Shown here: one piece after another, positions 23,553-32,699 of the stretch | Layout: each line of letters starts with the position of its first letter | Position numbering within the stretch: position 1 is the stretch's first letter | Source: Rhizaria sp. SCN 62-66 | Lineage: Eukaryota | Reading direction: 5' to 3' | Assembly (NCBI GenBank): GCA_001724265.1 | Contig: MEDY01000064.1 | Coordinates: 1 to 64,000 of the forward strand | Length of the DNA stretch: 64,000 nt | Made by a program: the position numbers and the translations under genes | Notes under the pieces: model-generated | What the model was told of the DNA's origin: nothing | Seen by the model: only the letters and a program-made list of their open reading frames with translations | Databases searched by the model: none

Positions 23553-26500
23553 ATGAGCAGCCACAACTTCATCCGTCCAATCTCTGAGCTAGCCAAACAG
23601 CAGCAGCACCAGCAGCGGCCCCCGTCGCCCGCACCCACAGCGGCGTTTTCACTTCCTTCCTCTGCAGGGAACGCCAATTATGGTGCACCACATGCTTAGG
23701 CTCAGGCTCAGACACGCCCGTTCATCAACGCTGCGCCCCCCAGTAGCTTCGGCCCCCGTCTCAGTACGAACCCACTGGGCGGGACCGCTCTGAGTGGAGA
23801 CTACCTTAGCCGCAGCAGCAGTAGCAGCAGTAGTTGTTACAACAATCACCCCATCTATTCCGCCTCAGGCCGCACCACCCCCGTGTACGCGCTCGCGGGC
23901 ACACACGGCGCGGGAACATACGGTACAAACGCATACGGCGCGGGCGCTTACGGCGGGAGCGCACACGGGGCTGCGGCGCCCCGCACGGTGACGCACTCGC
24001 GCCCTACCCGCGCCCCCGGCACCCCGGTCGCCGTGGGCCCCGGCACGGGCGCTGGCGCTGCCGCCAGTACAGGCACTCGGCGCGTCAACGTGCATCAAAC
24101 CGCTAGCAACGTGGGCGTGGGCGGCGGCCGCGCCATCCATGCGACCCCCGGCACACGCACCGGCACACACGTGTTGGGCCTAGCTCTCGGCGGCGCGGCA
24201 GGCGGCAGCGCGACCGCCAGTGGTGCGGTTAACGGCAGTCGCGGCGGCAGTGGCAGCGGCAGCAGCAGCAGCAGCAGCAGCGGGGCACCCCAGCGATCGG
24301 CGTCCACAACCTCCGGCCGGCCGCTGCTGAATCGTGGCGGCCTTTCCAGTCCCACCACCACCAGCAGCATCAGCAGCGTCACCAGCAGCACTCGCGGCGC
24401 TGCGGCGGCCGACACCGCCGACCTGGGCCAGCAGTTCGAGCAGTTTAGCATTTCCGCGCCGCAGCAGCGTGCCCCCACGCCGGCGCCGAGGCAGCAGGCA
24501 CAGCAGGCGGCGAGCGGCCGCCCCGGCAGCAGCGATTGCCCCGGCGGCAGCAGCAGCAGCAGCGCCGGCGCGATCAACAGCGTCAGCAGGGGCGACGCCG
24601 CTGAGACCCCTAGCGCCGCCGCAGTGGCCGCCGCCGCCGCAGCCAGCCGCGCCATATGCGCTGACAGCTCCAGCTCTAGCTCCAGCTCGAGCGCGAGCGC
24701 GAGCGCGAGTGCGAGTGCATTGGCGAGTGCGAGCGCGCCCGTGGTGTTCCGGCGCCCCTGCGGCCTGCGCAACCTGGGCAACACGTGCTACTTCAACTCG
24801 GTGCTGCAGGCGCTGCTATGCGCGCCCGCGCTCGCGCTCGCGCTGCCCCGCGCCGCCGCTGCACTGCCCGCGGGTCCCGAGCCGCGCGCCGCACTCTCCT
24901 CGCGCTACAGAAGCTCGCTCTACGGCCGCGGCGACGGCGACGGCGTGAACGAGGAGGCCACGAGGGGCGGGCTCGCCCGCGCGCTGGCGGCCCTGGCTGC
25001 GCAGGTCGCCCTGCCCCTCGCCGACGGCGACGCCGCTGCCCCGGGCGGCGCTGACGCTGGCGCCGACGCCGGCGCCGACGACGAGGCTGCGGGCGGGGTC
25101 CGCGGCCGTGGCGGGCACGGCAGCACCACTGGCAGCCTCGGCGGCGGTTCCAGCGCCCGGCGCGCCGCCTCCCAGGCCCCCGGGCTCGACCGCAGCCACT
25201 CAGCCTCGTCTGCATCCTTGTCCGCAGCGCGGACGGCGACAGCGACGGCGGCGACGTCGGCGGGTGTGCTGGACCCGGGGCAGGTCAAGGCGGCGGGCGC
25301 CGCAGCCGGCGTGTCGTGTCTTGCGGGCTTCGACCAGGAGGACGCGCACGAGTGTCTGCGCGGCCTCGTTGCCGCGCTGCACGACGACACCAACGCTGTC
25401 GCCGTGCTGTTCGCCGCGCGCGCGCTCTGGCCCCCCAAGCCGTTCGCCGGCCTCGGCGCGCGCCACCTGCGTCGTGCCTTCTCCGTCGCCCTGCCACCGC
25501 CCGCGCGGCTGCAGCGGCCGCCCGCGCTGCCCTACGCCGCGCTCGACGACGCCGCGGGCGCGGCCGAGCCCACCGAGGCGGCGCGCTGGTGGCGGCTGGG
25601 GCTGGCGCGGCGCGAAGCGTCCCCGCTCGCGCTGGCGATGGCCGGGCAGAGCGTGTCGACCGTGCGCTGCCTCGGCTGCGGCTTCGTGTCCCGCTGCTTC
25701 GAGCCCTTCTGGGATCTCTCGCTCCCGCTACCTCCGTCTCGTCCCGGCGCCGCAGGCCAGCCGGTACCGCTGGGGGACTGTCTGCGCGCGTTCGCTGCCA
25801 CGGACGTGCTACCAGCGGGCGCGTACCGCTGCGCCGCGTGTCACCGGGCCGGCCGCGGCGGCGCGGCGGGCGAGAAGTCGGTCCGCATCACCCGCCTGCC
25901 CGAGGTCCTCGTGCTTCACCTCAAGCGCTTCACCGCGCCCCCCGCGTCCTCCGCGGCGTCTGCGTCCCCCTACGCACGCTCACGCTACGGCGGCGGTTAC
26001 GGGGCTAAGGTGACGGACCCGGTGGACGTGCCTCTGCGGCTGTCGCTGCGCGCGCGCGGGCTGGAGCTGTTGTCTCCGCATGGCGCGCTCGCCGACGCCG
26101 CCGACGACGCATCGCCGCTCGTCTTTCCCGCCGAAGCCGCCGCCGCCGCTGCAGCAGCAGCGCGCAGCGGCGGCAGTGGCGGCGGCGGCACGTACTCGCT
26201 GGCGGCGGCGGTGCTGCACTCGGGGTCGACGGCCGGCGGCCACTACACGGCAGTGGGACGCATCGATGCGCCGAGGTACGCTTACAGAGATCGATTGTGG
26301 CGCTATACTCCACATTTGTGTTTTTACTTGATGTATTTAAGATTCATTTAATCAGTGTTTTGTTGCTGGGCATCTTCCCACTCATGCTAATCAATACTCT
26401 TATGTTTTTCTGTTCTTCTTGCTCTCCTCCCCGCACAGGGCCGTCGTGGCGGCGGCGCCGCTGCTGCCCGAGCGCGCCCTGCAGACGGCGCTTTCCGACG

Positions 26501-26775
26501 GCGCCATGCTGCCCACCACCAGCAGTAGCAGCGCGGGCGCGGGCACCGGCGCGGGCGGCTCTGGCGCTGGTAGCGGTGCTGAGGAGCAGCAGTGGTGGGC
26601 GTTCGACGACAGCCAGTGCTGGCCAGTCGAGTCGCTGCCGCGCTTGCTCAAGACCGTGGGCAGCGCGGGCTACCTGCTTGTGTACCAACGCGAGCCCACC
26701 GTCACGGGCGCGCCTACGGTCATTGCGGGTGACCGTGGGCAGCGGAGGGGCAGCGCCGTGAGCGCCAGTCTGTGA
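23553..26775 (+). CDS. Ubiquitin-specific protease (peptidase C19; USP2/8/21-like), ~1,019 aa; 5' end uncertain
   Basis: Cys box GLRNLGNTCYFNSVLQAL, QEDAHE, PFWDLSLPLP, LPEVLVLHLKRF and His box LHSGSTAGGHYTA. Intron 26276-26438 (GTACGC...ACAG) joins the last exon with WWAFDDSQ and AGYLLVYQR, ending in TGA. The N-terminal part continues in frame through TAG 23697-23699. The frame is also open upstream of the 23553 ATG, so a further 5' exon is possible. Confidence 0.88.
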
Positions 26776-26805
26776 GCGCCAATCTGTGAGCGCCAGTCTG
26801 TGAGC
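26758..26805 (+). repeat. 14-bp tandem repeat (GTGAGCGCCARTCT) x3.4 spanning the USP stop codon
   Basis: Read directly. The TGA of the second unit is the USP stop. Confidence 0.9.
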
Positions 26806-27244
26806 AAGCCTGTGACCGTGCGCTGCTGTGCCAATGGGCCTCAGCGTCGTCGACCGTCAGAAGTAATCACTTGCGTTGACAACTTTGACACGGGACAACA
26901 TGCGACTACACATTTTTCGAAATTTTATTTAGCTTTTGTTTCTAGAGAGACATACATAATTTCATGCATTTTTACAACAAACGACTTTCTCACGACTTTC
27001 TCAGCATACTCGTTATGTTACGAATATGACAACCTCGAATATGACAACCTTATTCGTTGTAAGAATGAATATTTATTGGTATGAGTTGTGACCAAACACT
27101 TACTATTGTTGGTTTGTGGAGAAATATATGAACAAAGCAAAATATCAAATAAAATTACGACCGACACGACTTCAAGGCGTTTGCGCACTCAAGGTGGCGT
27201 TGATCCCTCAGCACAGCGCCTTGGCACCCGCGGTGGCCGTGCGC

Positions 27245-28245
27245 TTAGAGCGCGTTAGAGGCGCCGCACTTGGCGAAGGCGCGCGAGAGGCCCTGCACGA
27301 TCGGAGGTCATAGTTACGAGAATAAAGAGAAAAAAAGAGAGAGAGTTGTGAGCAAGCTAACCAAAACAGATTGCAACAAAAAAATCAAGAAGTAACAGGA
27401 TGATGGCAATACATCCACATGTTTCCCGTGGGCGATATTGCGTTGGCGCGTACCTGGCAGGCGAGCGCGTCGTCCTTGTGGTCGGCCATGCACTGCGCCA
27501 GCTTGCCGCGGAGGTCGCCGCAGACGGAGCCAAAGGCCACCGCGGGCGGCTTGAACTGGCCCTCCAGCACGGACATCTTGGCTGAGAGGTCGGCCACCTG
27601 CGCGGAGGCGGCGGGAGAGAGCTCGGGCGAGAGCGCGTTGACGGCCTCGACCTGTGAGGGGGGAAATGTGACAAAACGCAGAAGAATTTGGGTGCTGTGA
27701 GGCATTGAGAGACGGGGATGAAAGGTTTGCAGAACAGTGAGCAGAGCGCAGGCTCAAGTGAACTGATTACACATGAGAATGCAGATTTAGCAAACGTGTC
27801 CTTGTTTTGAGCGCGATCCGCGTCTCGACAACGACAACGTCGTCGCATGAGACCTCGCGGACGGACCTGGGCGCGGATGGCGGCCTTGTACTCGCGCGTG
27901 CGGCGCTCGGCCTCGGCCACCTCGTGCTTGTACGCCGCCGCGGTCTGCAGAATCGCCTCGCCGCGGGCGGCGCGCGCCATGTACGAGCCGCGGGGCTGGG
28001 CGACAAAGACGGCGGGCGCGGCAGCGGCGCGGGGAAGAGCAGGGATGGAAGCCGTGCCGGCGGGCGTGGCGGCGTACTTGCGGTGGCGGTCGACGAAGAT
28101 CTTCGTCAGGAAGGGCGTGTAGTGAATGGTCACTACGCGGGGAGAATAAAAACAAGGCAATGGGTTGATTAGCAGGGCTATATGGGGAACATAGGCGAGA
28201 GAGAGTGAATCAAGGTGGGACGAGATGGGACGTACTCTCAGCCAT
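27245..28245 (-). CDS. C-terminal twin CX9C (CHCH) protein, MIC19/CHCHD3-like, 173 aa
   Basis: Four exons (28245-28236, 28132-27867, 27651-27454, 27292-27245) with GT-AG introns total 522 nt. The product has a helical middle and ends CGDLRGKLAQC-MADHKDDALA-CQGLSRAFAKC-GASNAL, then TAA. Splicing completes the second CX9C exactly. Confidence 0.8.
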
Positions 28246-28906
28246 CTTGGAAGGGATCAGTGCTGCGGGCCGGGAGGGGCGAGGCGGGGCGGGGCTGCTA
28301 GGCGGACGAGGGAGAGTAAGGAGTGGGGTTTGTAGTACGTCGGAGAGGAGTGATCACAAGGAAGAGGGGATCATGTGATGTTGCGAGGGAGAAAAGAGAG
28401 AGACGGCGTGGTGTTCGGAACATAGGTGGGAGAGGTGAGACTTTCGCGAGGCATAGAGTGATACAAAAAGTTTGCCAGACAATATCATTTAATGAGCAAA
28501 TACTTTCGACACTTTTCTCAGGGTTGGTTCGTCTAAATCGATATTGATCGAGCACAATGTCCACTTAACGATTCTTTAGTCTCGCCGCAGCGTCACATGG
28601 CTGACAGCGATCGCCACAACGCCTCGTGACTGGAAGGCTCCCTGGTTCCAATTTTGCAGAGACATATCTCACATCCCTGATCGTCACCATTTGATTAGAA
28701 GGCATTTTTTGATTTAAACACATTGCCTTGATATGATATTTCAATTGTGTTCTGATATCACTCGTTATTCCTACCTAGGGCGCAAATCGGAGCCCTGTCT
28801 TCAGAAACCGTTGTGTCCTTCCTGCACCCTCTCTTGCCTACGGGCAGCGCTCCAATCCCTTACCATCTACGCTCTTTTTCTTAGCTACTCAACACCACAT
28901 AGACAG

Positions 28907-30412
28907 ATGCCTCGCGCGCCCGAGCCCGCCTTGGCCTCGGAGGCTTCGTCCAACCCTGCAGCGGCGGAGACACTCAAATCCGCCCGCGTCCCTCACCCAG
29001 CGTCTTCCACCTCGTCATCGTCGTCGTCTGCGGCGCCGGCATGCGCGGCGGTGGCGACCAAATACAGTGAGCCGTACACACACCAGGTGGACGGCCTGAC
29101 GTGCTCGACATGCCACGCTGAGGGCGACCCGCTGCGGCCGCTGCTGCTGGAGCCTTACTTCGGCCACCACGTCGGCGACCGCGTGCGCCACTACCGCTCC
29201 GGGCTGCGCGGCACCGTCGTGTGGCTCTCCAAGGACAAGACGCACATCCGCGTCAGCATCGACTCGGCGCCCATTCCGCGCGGCGCGCGCCCGGCCTCGG
29301 CGCCACACGGCAAGGGCGGCGGCGGCGGCAAGGCGCAGAGCTTTCCGTCGGCGGACATCTTGCACTTCGGAGCCAAGTTCCTCCCCACGGGCTCGCACAT
29401 CGACAACACGCGCGCGGGCGTCATCAGCGAGACGATCCACAAGGAGGACGCCACGCGCGCCGCGCCGCGCGGCCCCGCGCCGCCGCCGCTGGACAAGGCC
29501 GGCGTTATCGCCCATCTGCCGCAGTCGGCGCGCGCGACGCCGCGGGGCGCGCCGGACCCGCTGCGCGCGCGGCGCATGCACGGCGCGCTCAAGGTCGGCG
29601 ACCGTGCCGAGGCAGCGCTGGACGTTGCGGCCGCTGCGACGCCGCGCGCGCCCGCGGGCAGCCAGGGCTACGTGAACCACTCAAACGCGGTCGACCCCAT
29701 CACGCAGCTCCCGCTGCAGTTCCCGCCGCGCCCGCTCCCGCACCAGCAGCAGCACGCACAGCAGACGAGCGCGGGGTACGGCCCCGCGGTGGCGGCGGTG
29801 ACAAGCGCGGTGGCGGGCGCACCCCGATACGCGGCCGCCACGGCGTCCTCGGCGAGGGCCGCGCAGACGCCGCGCGCGGTCACCGCTGCGGGCAACGCGG
29901 CCCGCTACGACGGACTGGCGGGGCGGCCGACGCAGGCGCAGGGCCCGGGGCAGGGCCACGAAGGGCAGCAGCAGGTCTGGGTTAAGACGCTGGTGCCGCG
30001 GGAGCTGGTCGAGGCCCGCGGGCTCAAGGCCGCAAAGGGTACGTAGGGATATTTCACGCCATTTCTGCGTCAGTTGTCGATATGATATGTCACAAGTATT
30101 TGCCTGAGTCTTTTTCTACTACGAACTTTTTTTCTATTTTTAAATCTTCTCTCTCTCCATGCCGTGCGTCGCTGCGCGCGATCGTTCCCCGTCGCGTCCG
30201 CAGACGGCGCGCTGATCCTGACCCCGCGGACGTCGGCGGCGCTGCTGCCGGGCGGCGGTGTGGGCACGCCCCGCGGCTTCGGCTCTTCCTCCACGCGCCC
30301 CATCTCGGCCCGCCCCGGCAGCTCGGGCCCCGGCAGCGGGGTCGGCTCCGAGATCGGCTCCGCGCGGTCCGCCAGGGCGCAGGAGCTCAACAAGAACACC
30401 GCGCTCTGGTGA
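28907..30412 (+). CDS. Hypothetical protein (~446 aa) with a CxxCH motif and a KOW/SH3-like segment
   Basis: Exon 28907-30038, intron 30039-30203 (GTACGT...GCAG), exon 30204-30412 ending in TGA. Contains CSTCH and HVGDRVRHYRSGLRGTVVWLSKDKTHIRVSID. Codon usage matches neighbouring genes. Confidence 0.7.
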
Positions 30413-31164
30413 TACATCGTATGTGTTATGCATCAGGTCAAGCGCTGGGCGACGCGCGCGCGCATACTGCCTCCGATGTGAGCACAGTTTTATGCAGAAT
30501 GATGTGCATAACAAGTACATGTTATTCATACTTATAGACGCTGACTTGAGTCGTGCTGCAATTTTAGACTGGGCCGTTCAGAGTCACGGACACGCCCTGC
30601 TCTGACCGTGGTTGTTGACCACATATGAGTAACGTACGTATTAAACTCGCTCGTGCATGTGCATGTACTCTCGTCATGGAATAGCTTGTGATTAGCTTAC
30701 AAATAATTACGAGTACGAATATGTAGTAGTTTGGCCCCTGGCCCACTGGAATATACAGGACTCGTAACCTCATAAAGATTCAAAATTTAGAGCTTAACCT
30801 GTGCTATTTTATGGGTGTCTCGTTCTGATGCAGACTTATTTCATTCAAGGCGAGCTCCAGGTTTTCCACACAAAGATAAATGTGCTGGTTCACTGATCGT
30901 ATATATATTACATTATTGTACTCGTAATATGTTCTGTTTATACCGGTATTCTACCAAGCGCTTTGAAAAGTCTCTTTCTTATCGCAATGTCTACCTCTGT
31001 CTCATCATCTTTTCCTTCTTCCAACAGTCTCCATGTTTCGCAACTTGGGTTGTGCTTGGACAGTACTGCGATCGCTAAGTCATCGGCGGCACAGCACCCG
31101 ATGGTATCACAACCTCAACGCACGCTTGCCACCTCTGTCACCGCCGCTGCTGTTAACCCTAAAG

Positions 31165-31364
31165 TAGTATAGGTATAAAGCGGACTATGACTCACTTGGG
31201 TAAAATCTCACCATCCATGCTATTTACACTTTTTCTCAATTCATACTTTTCAACCCCCCCCAAAAACTCAGTGACTTCATATGTCAACCCTCACACACAT
31301 TGTGAGATTTACACATGGTGAGATTTTACCCAAGTGAGTCATAGTCCGCTTTATACCTATACTA
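31165..31364. mobile_element. Non-autonomous MITE, 200 bp, with perfect 50-bp terminal inverted repeats; probably hAT-type
   Basis: 31165-31214 (TAGTATAGGTATAAAGCGGACTATGACTCACTTGGGTAAAATCTCACCAT) is the exact reverse complement of 31315-31364. Flanks are CCCTAAAG (31157-31164) and CTCTAAAG (31365-31372), a 7/8 match as a putative 8-bp TSD. The interior is non-coding and AT-rich. Confidence 0.88.
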
Positions 31365-31832
31365 CTCTAAAGTCCGTGTCAAGATGGGCGCAGCCAAGCT
31401 CGTCGAGGAGCAAATCGGCGTGACGATGTTTTTCAGGCGATCGGTCTGGTCGTGACGTACGAGTCTATAATTTTCGGCTTCGTCAAGCTGGCGCACAGGG
31501 CTGACTCCAAGCTGGACACGATGGGGGGCAGGTTCGACGCCACGAACGCGCGCGTCGATATTAATATGACCACCCACAGCGCCCGCAAGGCAGACAGGAG
31601 CGACTAACCCAAGGACATTCATTTTTTGGAACCGACTGAGCAAACGCGTGTGAATGGATGGATTGCTTTTGCAAATGCTTTTGCCGAGCATTTGTGGTGT
31701 GATAATGTGAATACAGCCCGCTTTAAGAATGACCAAATGTATTCGAAGCTGTATGAAGATGGTTTGTCGATGACGACTATAACGAAACCTTACACACTTA
31801 TATTTGAACTTATGATAAACACCTAACGTTAC

Positions 31833-32280
31833 TTACATGTAATTACATGTGTACATGTACATGACAGCACTAGCAGAGTTCCTCCGATTAACAATGCGAG
31901 ATTTAACAGCAGCTATACAGATACGCTTTGAAACAGCTTGGAGAGTAATTTGAGTTGTTCCAAAACTGGAAGTTGCGCCAGCTGCAATAAGTCCCAGATT
32001 TAAAGACCAATGTGACTGCTGCTTCATAGTATGTATTACCTGGGGATAGGGTAACCCAGCCTTGGGATCAGTAAGAGCCTTAGTTACATAGTCAACAGGC
32101 TTGATAAACCGACAGTACATATCAGGAGATTGATTAAAGACAGCGGAGGTGCACTGGGGGCCACCTGTAGCACAGCTGGAAAGTGCAGGCATGTAATTCA
32201 AGAAACGATTCCACTCTTGGTTGAACTGGATAGAGACGTGCATCTGGCGAAGATTACGAAACGCGGAGCGTGAAGACGGA
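31833..32280 (-). pseudogene. Fragment of a virophage-like (Lavidaviridae-type) double jelly-roll major capsid protein gene
   Basis: Translation AFRNLRQMHVSIQFNQEWNRFLNY...VFNQSPDMYCRFIKP...LPYP...LIAAGATSSFGTTQITLQAVSKRICIAAVKS follows the order of central virophage MCP motifs as I recall them. Composition and codon usage are AT-richer than host genes. Not verified by search. Confidence 0.55.
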
Positions 32281-32699
32281 CAGTTAACTATCTTTACTAT
32301 ATTAATATCTTGTTTGTTTGATCGTGTTTTCGCTATTTGTGATGGCCTTTTGCTTCGTGTCTCAGGCAGACAACACGCGTACACACATGTACAGTACCTT
32401 CATTCCAGAATCAGTTCAATGGCCGTCGTCGTACGTACGAAATTGATCATGATGTTTCTCATACCCACGCAACTGTATTGTCCCAAATAATACGCATTTT
32501 AACATTTCTTATCATTATTGCTTCTTCCAAATCCATCCAGCAGCTCATTGATGCATTGACTAGAAGACTCGGTGAAGAAATAACATACTGTATCAGGTCT
32601 TTCGCTTTCCATTTCGACATGTGGTGGGGAATTTTGTCAATGTGATTCGACACAAATCAGTTGTATTGTTGACATTTCTCAACAAGGACAACTGAAAAC

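Noticed and set aside
13718-27050. Short direct repeats (13718-13762, 26758-26805, ~27022-27050) as CRISPR-like arrays
   Set aside because: Adjacent tandem copies without unique spacers, in eukaryotic DNA with no cas genes.
30044-30046. TAG ending track ORF 28733..30046, an apparent counter-example to UAG reassignment
   Set aside because: It lies 5 nt inside a GTACGT-donor intron (30039-30203). The spliced gene ends at TGA 30410-30412.
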